A stretch of DNA of 63,899 bases, filler included, from Ministeria vibrans ATCC 50519 (lineage: Eukaryota > Protista > Filasterea), in assembly GCA_943704425.1 (NCBI GenBank). It is 5 parts of 5 records of this genome, joined end to end, with 100 filler letters (N's around TTAATTAATTAA, not from the genome) between each part and the next. Parts side by side here need not be neighbours in the genome. Positions count along the whole stretch, not along the records: positions 1 to 25,092 come from CALSCP010001890.1; 4 more parts are not named here. One strand, 5' to 3'. Numbering within the stretch: position 1 is the first letter of the stretch; every line of letters begins with the position of its first letter. This document shows, piece after piece, positions 1 through 13,175 of this stretch. The notes below the pieces were generated by a model, which saw only the letters and a list, made by a program, of their open reading frames with translations, ran no database searches and had not been told where the DNA came from. Position numbers and translations under genes: made by a program.

Positions 1-42
1 TTTTTTTAAATGTTTTCTCATTCGGTCTTTCTTCCTTTGCAG

Positions 43-3000
43 TTACCGCCATGGGTGCCGTTTGGCAAGCAAGTGGTCAAGTACATGGCGGCACAGTACG
101 ACAAGAACACGGCCAAGGGGCGTGCGGTCGACCTGGCCTTCATTACGGAGGCAGTTGAGGACGGAACGTACCTGCTGACGCGCGGAAAGCGCTTTCAGCC
201 AGAACGGTGGCAGGAGCCCGGCGAGGCCGATCCCGACGCGCTGGAGAGCACCAGTCGCACCGACACAGCGGATGGCGCGAGTGCGTCGGCCGAAACGACG
301 TCAGGCGACAAGGGTGCACGGCCACGATCCGTCACGGTCCAGTCGACTGTCTTGCTTGACATGGCGACCAAGGATGACGTTGCCGAAACTGCCGAACAAG
401 TGGCTGCGACAGCGGCAGCTTTGATGGAAGAAGAAGAAGAAGAAGAAGAAGAAGAGGAGGAGGAGGAGGAGGAGGAGGAAGAAGAAGAAGAAGAAGAAGA
501 AGGAGAAGGAGAAGGAGAAGAAGAAGAAGGAGATGTGGCGTTGGCTGAGAATGCGGCTGTCAAATCACCGTGGCGTCGACGTCTTATTCTTATCTCGGCT
601 CTGGCATTGCCCGCTGCGATCTTTCTCATGGTCACGGAGCGTCGTGCCATTGCGGTGTCCCTCCTGATTGTCATGGCAACCACTGTTATTCTTGAGCTCA
701 TTGTGTCGCTGCGTGCCAGCAATGCTTTTGCAGTAGTTCTTGAGAGTGACGACTGCACTACCACAAAGAAACAGTGGGGTAAAGGTGCAGTCAAACCCAA
801 GACAAAGAAAACAAAAAAGCAAACAGAAGCGTCTGCAACACGCAACGGCAGCAAGAGTGGCGGGCTGGCGTCTCTGGCGACCGTCCACGAAGCGGGCGCA
901 AGTGCAAAGAAGAAGAAACGACCGATGTCGTCGACGGGAGCAGGTGCAGCAACATCAGCAACGGCCCGACGCAGTACGATGGCGGAGAAGAAGAAGGGTG
1001 CCGGAGAGGCGGGGATGACGCGCGACCGCAGCAGCATCAGTAGTATCGGTGACGACTCGGGGATCCTTTCGAGTGCGCCTGAGGTGCCCGATCTGCGCAT
1101 CCCTTGCTGGTACGAGCATGTATTTGGGTCGCAACGCACTGTCATGTTTGCAGTTGTGTCGACTGACAGTGCAGGCAACAAGACGGTCGTGTTTCGTGAG
1201 TACGAGGACTTTGTCAAGCTCTCGTCGCTTCTCGTGCAGCTTTCGCGTGCCATGACCCCATCGGACCGTGCCACTCTGCGCTCCACCACCACCACGAACT
1301 TGGTTGCTCCCTTTGCCGCGTCCACCTCTCGCTCCTTCTCCAATCCATCTCTCACTGGCAGCAACACCTCGTCTCGCTCCGTTTCCGTCTCCGCCACAGC
1401 GGCCACTAGTGCCTCCTCTCCGGCTTCACCATTGTCTCCTTCCAGCGTATCACCCTCTTCTTCATCTTCCGCCGACCCGTCCTCGCGCGCCAAACACTCG
1501 CTTCTCAAAGTCGCCGCCACTTCGCTGCCTCAGAGCCCCGTCTCATCACACGTCACTCATAGTGCCTCCACCTCAGGCATCGACATTCAGTCTCGTCCGC
1601 CCGCCACTACGCCCATTTCGTTCACCGATGACTACTTTCTTAACAGTACCAGTACCACTGCTGAGCCCGCGGTCACAGGCAAGACAGGTGCCCCGCTTCT
1701 TCCCACACGCACCTCACAGGACTACAACCGTTCCACTGCGACCAATCTGCTGCGTTCGCGTCTCGAGGCCTACGTGCGTGCCGTAGCCGTCGACGCTGTC
1801 GCTCAAAAGTGCAGTCTCCTTGAGCTGTTTCTCATGCGCTGGCAACAGCCTCAGGATGGTCGCGTATGCAACTGCTGTGGCACCGGTCTGTATGAAAATG
1901 CCGATGAGAATGATGCCACGAGCGCCTCGACGGCGTCTTCTACTTCTACCACTACCCCTGCTTCAGTGGCATCGACCACAGCTGCCAGTGCGACTGCTGA
2001 GCCAGGCATGTCTGACGGAGTTGGTGTGGGAGTACATCGTCAGGACCGTTTGCGACAGTTGCATGAGCCCATGGACCGCAAAGTGTTTTTGCCGACGACC
2101 TCAGGTGGCGGCAATGTAGGGCCTCGCTCGGTGGACGTACGCCACGAAGGGGGGCTGGCACGCGCACGTCGGTTGCACGAGTGGTGTGATGAGTGGTGCC
2201 AGGTGACTAGTCAGGTCATTCGACTGTACCGCTTTCGTGTGCGCACCCCCGAAGACACTATTGAGCTTAAGAATGTCCTGGCCGTCCAGGAAGTGTGTCC
2301 CTGTCGTGCACCTTTGCCAGGCGTCTTTTACTTTGAATTGGAAACGCTCTACCGTGTGCATCTCTTTGCGTGTCGCACCGTTGACGATGGGCGTGCCTGG
2401 ATCAAGGCAATCCTGGACGCCAAGCACGCCGGTGAGCACCGACGGCCACGTTCTCGTAGTCTCGAGTCAGGCCGTCCGCCCGCCTCGGCCGCAGCCGACA
2501 GCGAGCGACGTCAGCGCCAGCGTGCCTGGCAGGTGCTCCCCAACTGCCCCGACCGACTGGTGCTCAACACTCGTCGTGTGCTTCCACTGCCTCCACTTCG
2601 TCCGCGCTCCCGCTCGGACACTGGTGCCACACAGGGCTCACCTGCCGACCCACTGTACGCATCCACCTCCACCGCTGCTGTTGATTCGCCCTCCATTTCG
2701 AGTGCCGCCTGTGCTATTACCTCGGGCACCGCCACTGCAACCACCACGGCCGAGCACCTGCGTCTGCTGCTCAAGCAGGCCATCATGCTTCATTGCGACT
2801 ACGCGCACATTCACTGGGCGTCGCGCGAGACAGAGCGTCGCTTTCAAGTGCGCATGACGGCCTTCCTCGACGACTGTTCGCTTTTGCGTCTGCTTCCCCT
2901 CTCTGGCAACGTACCGCACGCTCAGCTTCTTACCACACTGCTCACTCTCCACTCGTGCATGGTCATCCACTCACACCTTGTCATTGTCTTTCCAACGGGC

Positions 3001-3552
3001 CCGGCTCCTGTGCGTTCGCTCATGCGCCGTCTCTCGTACGAAGTGGGCGGTGTCATTCTTTCTCCCGCCGAAATCGAGCACTGTCTTCTGCGCGCGCCCC
3101 TCTCACGTCCTTCCACCTACTTCACCAACACCCCTTCACTCTACCCGTCCAGCGACCCTCGCGCCGCCCTTGCCTTGCAGATCCCCGAGCCGCTCGTTTC
3201 GTTTGCGCTGCTCAATGGCATGCGCTCGGGTCCCCGCTACGCCTGGGTCTTTGAGTCGCGTCGTGTCGCTGACCAACTGCGTGCCGCCGCAAGTGTGTAC
3301 ATTGACGAGCACACCGAAGTGGACGTTGAGAATCGCTCGGTGCGCCTTCCGCGCGTCTGCATGTGGTACCGCGGTGACTTTGGCTACAAGAAGCAGGCTG
3401 TGCTGCACGCCATGATGGAGCTGCTGCCCCGCCGCCGGCGCATGCTTGTCCAAGAGATGCACGACCGTGGTCTTAAGGTCAACGTCTCCTTTGACCAGTA
3501 CGACTGGCGCGCCTCCCTATCTCCCTTTGCCATGGTGGATTTTGGCAATTAA
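43..3552 (+). CDS. 5'-truncated membrane protein: poly-Glu tract, two TM helices, PX-like region, PH domain, C-terminal DUF547
   Basis: One long exon after a polypyrimidine/CAG acceptor at 41-42. Hydrophobic hairpin LILISALALPAAIFL...VSLLIVMATTVILELIV; PX-like 'VFREYEDFVKL...LEAYV...LELFL'; PH-like 'FELETLYRVHLFACRTVDDGRAWIKAI'; DUF547-like 'YEVGGVILSPAEIEHCLLR...EPLVSFAL...LPRVCMWYRGDFG'. Confidence 0.65.
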   Translation, partial: LPPWVPFGKQVVKYMAAQYDKNTAKGRAVDLAFITEAVEDGTYLLTRGKRFQPERWQEPGEADPDALESTSRTDTADGASASAETTSGDKGARPRSVTVQSTVLLDMATKDDVAETAEQVAATAAALMEEEEEEEEEEEEEEEEEEEEEEEEEGEGEGEEEEGDVALAENAAVKSPWRRRLILISALALPAAIFLMVTERRAIAVSLLIVMATTVILELIVSLRASNAFAVVLESDDCTTTKKQWGKGAVKPKTKKTKKQTEASATRNGSKSGGLASLATVHEAGASAKKKKRPMSSTGAGAATSATARRSTMAEKKKGAGEAGMTRDRSSISSIGDDSGILSSAPEVPDLRIPCWYEHVFGSQRTVMFAVVSTDSAGNKTVVFREYEDFVKLSSLLVQLSRAMTPSDRATLRSTTTTNLVAPFAASTSRSFSNPSLTGSNTSSRSVSVSATAATSASSPASPLSPSSVSPSSSSSADPSSRAKHSLLKVAATSLPQSPVSSHVTHSASTSGIDIQSRPPATTPISFTDDYFLNSTSTTAEPAVTGKTGAPLLPTRTSQDYNRSTATNLLRSRLEAYVRAVAVDAVAQKCSLLELFLMRWQQPQDGRVCNCCGTGLYENADENDATSASTASSTSTTTPASVASTTAASATAEPGMSDGVGVGVHRQDRLRQLHEPMDRKVFLPTTSGGGNVGPRSVDVRHEGGLARARRLHEWCDEWCQVTSQVIRLYRFRVRTPEDTIELKNVLAVQEVCPCRAPLPGVFYFELETLYRVHLFACRTVDDGRAWIKAILDAKHAGEHRRPRSRSLESGRPPASAAADSERRQRQRAWQVLPNCPDRLVLNTRRVLPLPPLRPRSRSDTGATQGSPADPLYASTSTAAVDSPSISSAACAITSGTATATTTAEHLRLLLKQAIMLHCDYAHIHWASRETERRFQVRMTAFLDDCSLLRLLPLSGNVPHAQLLTTLLTLHSCMVIHSHLVIVFPTGPAPVRSLMRRLSYEVGGVILSPAEIEHCLLRAPLSRPSTYFTNTPSLYPSSDPRAALALQIPEPLVSFALLNGMRSGPRYAWVFESRRVADQLRAAASVYIDEHTEVDVENRSVRLPRVCMWYRGDFGYKKQAVLHAMMELLPRRRRMLVQEMHDRGLKVNVSFDQYDWRASLSPFAMVDFGN

Positions 3553-3802
3553 TAATAATAAATAAACCCAAGAGAGCTGTATATTATATTATTATTATAA
3601 TGATTGTAGAAAGGCGAAAGCAAACCTTTTGAGTCAATAAATAAATTGAGTGAGTCATCTGATACTCAGACAGACTCCTTATTTTTTCATTTTTGCCTTT
3701 TTGTGGAAATTCGATTATTTCGATAAATCGAACTAGGATGATCAATTCACTAATTCACTATCATTGTTTTTCCATTCGACACTCAACACTCTGTGTGTCG
3801 CC

Positions 3803-6194
<2,392 letters not shown>

Positions 6195-6342
6195 AACTGA
6201 CACTCTAATGTCTATGTGAACGAAGTGAAGCAAAGAATATATAAAATTCGTGTCATTAGTTTGTCATTCATCTCAGAATTACCTTTCCTTCCTATGTCCT
6301 AATATATTAAATATTAATATTTTATTCTTTTCTCTTCAGAAG

Positions 6343-8373
6343 ATGTCGAGACCGTCTACTCCGGACAGCATTGAAAGCGACGAGACACGTCGGCGCGGCG
6401 ACAGCGATGTGGACGAGGTCATGAGTATGTTTGATGAGATTGTGGCGTACACCGACTACAACGACTTGGGCGACGCCGAATTCGAGCTGTCCTCGTCGCA
6501 GACGGCCGTCGCGGCGTCTCTGAAGACTCAAGGAGCACGTGTCCGCAATGTGGTGTCGAAAGGGCGCGAAAAGCTGCGTGATCTGGTGCTCACGAAGCGA
6601 ACGGAACTTCAGTCGAAACTCAAACACCGACGCGAAGTGAGCTTTTCTCTTTCCCACTTTGCTCTCTCTCTCGCTGCCTCACCCCGTCGCCTTGTAGATG
6701 ATTGAGCGTCGATTCCACGAGCCTGTTGTACTCCAGCTGATGGAAAAGGTCGCGTAGCAGCGTGTGAGACGTGTCATGTCTAACGTTGGGTGTTCCTTAC
6801 GCACAGGTGTCCTTCTTCCTTGGTGTCTTGAACATGCTCCTGACGCAACTCATATTTGCCGACTACCCGCACTACATGTACCTGTGGTACACCGTCTGGA
6901 TCAGCCTTCTCATGGTCTTCCGTTATTTCCTCTACCACAAAGAGAAGTGGCACTATTTCCTTCTCGACTTTTGCTGTACGTGCAAAGCAACCATGAAACA
7001 CGAGATTTGAAAACGCCACCTCTCTCACACGAAATCTATAGATTTTACAAACGCAATGCTATTGTGGTACCTATATATGTATCCATCGAGTCCAGTGCTG
7101 TTCCGGCCGCTCTTCGCCATGGCCAATGGGCCGTTGGCTCTGGCCATTGTCGCCTGGCGCAATTCCATTGTGTTTCATTCCCTCGACAAAATGACCTCAG
7201 TCTTTATCCACATTCTCCCGCCGATTGGTAATCACACGCACATGTATACATGTCTTAACTCTCTCTCTCTATCACTTTGTTTTTTCTTCTCTCTCTCTCT
7301 CTCTATTATTCCGTACTTTGTTTCTTCCTCCTCTCTCTCTTTCTCTCATAGTGACCTTTTGTTTGCGTTGGTATCCACAAAGTCCCTTTTGCGCTTGTTC
7401 AGCCGATCCGAATGGTACTACTCATGTATTTGTTTTTTTTTTTGTTCATCTTGCCTTTTTTCACCATTCCTCTCGAATCGGACTATTTTCAAGCACACTC
7501 ATTTTTGAGACTAAAACTGATTGGTGTTTCCTCACTTTCTCTCATTCATGTCTTTCACTCCTATTCATAGCCATATTCACTCTATTCATAGCCGCATTCA
7601 CTCACTTTCACTGTTTTTTCACATTTGCTCTCTCGCTTTCTCTGACTCGCGCTTTTTCTGTTTCTCTCTATTTGCAGACACCGACTGCACTCTGACTCTT
7701 GGTGACTTTCTGCGCTATCTCCTAATCTACTCTGTCTGGCAACTCTTTTACTTCCTTAAGACTGAGCAAGTTGATAAGCTCAAAATGGCTCAAGACTCTC
7801 ACATTCTCACCAGTTTCCGTTGGATGAAACAGGACGAAAGTCATATTATGCACAGGTTGGAAGATATTAATTGCTATTAGGAACCACACAACCATTCACG
7901 CCCCACTCACTTCTTTCGTATAATACGATCATTCCTCTCACTATCATTTCCTCTTTTTCACATAGACTAATGAAAGGATTCCCGGAGCATTTGTGGATTG
8001 TGTCTTTTATGCTTCAACAGTTCATTTACACTCTCATTTCCTATCCACTGACGATTCTTATGTTTCAACACAAGTCATTTCATTTGGCCTATTTGATCTG
8101 TACGTCATTTTATTAATTATTGTGTTTATTATTTCTGTTGTTAATTTTTCTGTTTTTATTGTATTTGTAATTGTTAATATTTTATTATTATTTTAATCCC
8201 TTTTTGACTGTTCTTAATTGTGTTTCCTCATTTCTGTTTGTTAACTAAACACTTAACCTCAACACTCACTTATTTTCCCTTTCTTTCTTTCAGTTGTCGT
8301 TCTAGTTGCAATTTGGAATGGCGGTTCCTTTTACGTTTACTTTTTAAGCAAGAAACGTCACAAGACTGATTGA
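6343..8373 (+). CDS. GPC1: Glycerophosphocholine acyltransferase (Gpc1/GPCAT, DUF2838), multi-exon
   Basis: Spliced motifs 'KWHYFLLDFCYFTN', 'NGPLALAIVAWRNSIVFHSLDKMTSVFIHILPP', 'LTSFRWM', 'AIWNGGSFY'. Confidence 0.88.
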
Positions 8374-8510
8374 TTCGTCAAAGAGAGATTTGTTTTTGTA
8401 ATTGTATTAATAATAAAAAACAGCAATAAAAGATAAAAAGAAATATTCAATTTGTGTAACAAAGAAAGGCACACACAAAAAAACGGAAAGAATATAAAAA
8501 AATCAAGAAG

Positions 8511-11320
8511 TTAATCAACGAGAGTGAGTTGAGCGAAGCCTTTGAGAGAATCAGCGTCAATGGTAGAACCCGTCTCAACGCTGCTCAGAGGAAATTGCAT
8601 CTGATGGGTGGTGAGAGAGACAGAGAGTTAGTGTGTGTGAGGGTGTTTGAGACAAGAGACGAGGAATACGAATGAGCGATGAAATATAAGTGAAAAGAGT
8701 TCGATTGGGTATCGCAGAAGAGTGACAGAATGAAAGATACCAACAAAGGCAAATAGACACACATTGTCGCGTGAGAAACGACAGCAAGCACAGGAAATAA
8801 TACGAGATGCGTTTTGAGTGTTTGTCACCTCTTTCGTGCCCTGCGGTGACTGCTTGTGTTGTGCGAGCAGCTTCTCAATGCCATTGGCTGCGTTCTCTGC
8901 ATCGGCTGCGGCCAACAGCGTCGCCTGCACCAGCTCATCCGCAATGCCACGCGCACTGTCCACGCCAAACGTATAGCTGAAGCGGATGTCCTTGAGTTTC
9001 CCTTTGAGGAGATACATAGTGAGACATGAAAAAAATACATGTGAGAAAAACGAATACCTTGATCGCGAACGCGCAGTTTGAAATTGGCGAGTGGGGGCGA
9101 TGTAGATGCAGCAGCAGGGGTAGCGACAGCAGCATCAGCAGCTGGAGTGGGGGCCGCAGCATCAGCAGCTGGAGTGGGGGCCGCAGCATCAGCAGCTGGA
9201 GTGGGAACCGCAGTATCAGCAGCTGGAGTGGGAGTGGGTTCGACTGCTGCAGGGGCAGTTGTGGCTGCAGGGGCAGTTGTGGCTGCAGGGGCAGTTGTTG
9301 TTGTTGACGGTGTGGGTGTGGGTTCGGAGGGAGTTGGAGCCGGGGTGGGCTCAGTGGTGGGCGCAGGTGCAGTTGCTGTTTGTTCTGCTGGTGGTGCCGT
9401 CTCAGTGGTCGGCGCTGCAGCTGCATCGGTCGTCTCGTTTGGAGGGGACACAGTCTACGCATACACAGATACAAGAGACGTGTCACTCCACACACAAAAA
9501 ATGTTGCCGTCGTACCTTTCCATCCACTTCAGGATAGGCCGTAAAGTCCCACATTCCACTCTGATTCTTCACAAACAGTCCACTCGTTCTGTTACTGTCG
9601 CCTCTTCCATCCGAATCGCCTCCTAAAACAACAGTAAGTTCATCAAAACATTGATTCAAAAAAAAACTGTTCTGCACACAGTTTTAAAGACTGACTGTCA
9701 TTTTTCTCTCTCTCCAACTCAACGTCACACACCCTCTCAACGATATCCACACTGAGACTCTGGTTGCGCACCTCCCTCCTTGTAGCTGTCACTTCTGATT
9801 CCCGAGTCTTCCGTAAATCGCGATGTCAGTGGCGGCAGTTTCTCCGTGAGCGTTGTCACAAGATACTCTGCGTTTTTGGCCTTTTTGAAGAAATCGTGTT
9901 TGAGCAGTTCACTCGCAGTGGGTCTAAAAGCAGAAACACCAAAGTTAAGAATCTTGCTCGTTGTGCCTAAAAAATTAACCTGTTTGCCGGATCCCTTTGG
10001 AGCACTGAATCAATCATCTTTTTGAAAGACTTTGAATATTTGTGGTGTTTCCCTTGAAGATCCAGAGTGGGTGGACTGTTTTGAAGGGTCAACATCAGAA
10101 CCTACAGAGACATGAAGACACAAGATTAGTAGTAGCGTCGCAACAAACAACAATTGTGTGTTGTATACCTTCATTGGTGGGTATTTTGCGTAGGGCGCAT
10201 GTCCTGTGGCCAATTCAAGCGCAGTAATGCCAAAGCTCCACATGTCCGCCTTGGAATTGTACCCATTGCTCTAATAAGAACAATCCAATATTAGAACTAG
10301 TAGGATTAATTACTCTTCTGTCTCCTACTTGCTCCATCACTTCGGGTGCCATCCAACAGGGCGTTCCCACAAACGTGCGTCGCGCTCCTCGCTGGTCACC
10401 GCCTTCCAACATCATGGTCGACACACCAAAGTCGCCCACTTGGACTGTGCCGTCCATATCAATGAGAATGTTTCCTGCTTTGATGTCCCTACTCACACAC
10501 ACACACAAAGTTACACCTCCTTTCTCTTTCTCTCCCTTTCTGTTTACCGGTGAATCTGGCCGTTCTTGTGGAAGTACTCAATGCCCTTGAGCGTCTCCTT
10601 GAGAATCGTCGCAATGACAGGCTCGTCCAGGCCGCGCGGGTAGCTATACTTCATGATGGAGTGGGCGGACCCTAAAACCCCACGAGAAGACAAAAAATGG
10701 TCAATGCGCCGCTGCATCACCCAACACACACACACATGCACTCACACACCCCCCACGACACAACATCGAAGCACAACGGCCCCCGTAAGTGTGTTGTTGA
10801 GGCGCAAACGACAACGTCAACATTTTTTTTTCTTTTTTACCGCCGCCAAGCAGACGCATGACGAGCCAGAGCTCCTCTTTGACAACAAACGATGTGTAAT
10901 ACGTGACTACATTCGGGTGTCGACACTGGCACATGAATTGGATCTCCTTCTGCAAAAACACGAAAAAAAAAAATCATCAGTGAAACAATGAACGAACGAT
11001 GAGAAGGAAAGAAGAACAGGAGAAGGCACAGGAGAGCGGGGAGGGGATGGGAGAGAGGGAAGCACACGGGGGGGGAGAGGGAGAGAGAGAGAGGGAGAGA
11101 GAGAGAGAGCGTTGAATGTGAGAGGGATGAGAAGACGCATAAGACACACACACACACACACACACTCACACACACACACTCTCTCTCTCTCTCTTTGCTC
11201 TTACGCGAATCTCCTCGTCGACATTCCGCCCGTACTCGCCCAGCTGGATGCACTTGATCGCGACCTTCTCGTTGCGTGGGAGACACTTGGCCGCCCACAC
11301 GGTGGCTGTGGCGCCCACGC
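8511..11320 (-). CDS. OXSR1: STE20-family kinase of OXSR1/SPAK (Fray) type with C-terminal CCT domain; first exon missing
   Basis: [55 protein letters not shown]; Pro/Ala/Thr linker; CCT-like '[30 protein letters not shown]' and terminal 'GFAQLTLVD*'. Confidence 0.88.
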
Positions 11321-11362
11321 CTGTGAAAAACGCGGTCGAACGAGCCACAAAAAAACGTTAAG

Positions 11363-11471
<109 letters not shown>

Positions 11472-11489
11472 CATCTCTCGCTCATTCTG

Positions 11490-12869
11490 ATGTTCTCTTG
11501 CTTCTCTTCTCGCTTAGACTTTGTCGAGACTGTCTCTGCGGCTCTCAACTCGACGGCGCGTCCTTGGGCGATCGAGACTATTTGCGAAACGATTGTCGCA
11601 ATCCGCACTCAGCCCAAAGGGAGCGCACGCACGTCTCACCTCGCTCTCATCACGCTCTGTGCGCGCCACAGCGAGGTGTTTCGCGACCCCGCTGTCATGC
11701 GTGCCCTCCTCGACTCACTGCGACGCGATCGGTCTCGTCCGCTGTCGCACGCCGCTGTCACCGCCGCCTGTCTTGTGCAGTCTGCACTGAATGACAGTCC
11801 GCAAGACTGGCCCGCCGAGCTTGTCATGGCCTATCTGCAGGACGCGTCGGGCGATCGCGCTTGGGTCGAGGACGACCTTGTGCGAGTCTTCATCGCGAAC
11901 ATCATGACAGCGCTGCCTGCGCCCGTGCTGGCTTCGGGCGAAGGCGAAGTACGGCTGCGGCTGGCGGAGGCTCCACTTGTCCGTCCCCGTTTTGCCAGCG
12001 AGGCATCGAGACGCGATGTCTTTGACGTCGTCAACAACTTTCTCGAATGGCACGTTGCAGTGTTTACACAGCCGAAATTGTCGTCACAACAGCGTCCCAT
12101 TCGTCGCAATGGCACCCGTTGCTTTGCCATGCTCTGTGGCTTCCCTGCCAAGCGACCCCAATTGATGATCTTGTGTGAGAAGTTTCTCGAGAGCCAGAAC
12201 ACCCAAACACGCGAAGGGGGTCTGTTGCTGCTGCGAACACTTTGTCGCAACCTAACGACCCACGAGGCGTGCGACGCTCAGGTTGTAGCACATCTTCTGG
12301 CGCACATGGGCCGACCCAATGTGCCCACTGTGCGCCCCAACACTCTGCTCGAGTGTCTGCGTCTCGCCTGCTGTGCACACCCGTCGCACGCGGCGCGCGT
12401 CGTGCCTCTGCTGCTGGGCATTGCCGACACGGCGCGCACCGGCATTCATTCGGTCAACGCTGACGCGGTGCGCTACGCCATGGCTGCGGCCGCGACAACA
12501 GGCCGTGCTGGGCAGCTCTCATCTCAAGTGCTTGCAACTGCACTGCGTGCTCACCCAGCCGCTGCCTCAAGTAGTCTTGGGCGCATCCTTGCCGAACTTT
12601 GTTGCGATCCTATCGGTGTTGCCACCGTGCGTGACTCGGTCGCCGCCAATGGCTTTAACCAAGCGCGCAATCTTCTCAAGCGAACCATGCGCGAACTCCA
12701 AGCGGGCACACTCGATCGTCCCGCTCTCTGTGCCGCCGCCCTTGCCGTGCCCTTTAGCCTCCCTCCCTCTTTTGCTGCGCAACGTGCTATTCTCGATAAC
12801 TTCTCGGCTCTTTTTCTCTCCGCAATGGTCTTCCGTGAGAACCACAATACAACGCAACAGCAACAACAA

Positions 12870-12901
<32 letters not shown>

Positions 12902-13127
12902 ACAATCAACAGCCATCGAGACACTGGGTCACATGGTATACCGTCTGGCGCTGTGTCACGTCTCCGTCGTCAGCTGGCTCCATCGCTTTGCCATTGGCGT
13001 GAATGACGCAGCACAACGCAATGCTCAAGCGCAACACGAACGAGCAGTGGCAATGGCGCACCAACGATTTGCCAAGGAGCAAGCGGAACGTGCGCGCATG
13101 AAAGTGGCCACAGTCATGATCAACGAA

Positions 13128-13175
<48 letters not shown>

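Noticed and set aside
195-1520. 441-aa antisense ORF and similar shadow ORFs opposite GC-rich genes
   Set aside because: Expected by-product of codon bias; low complexity with no motifs.
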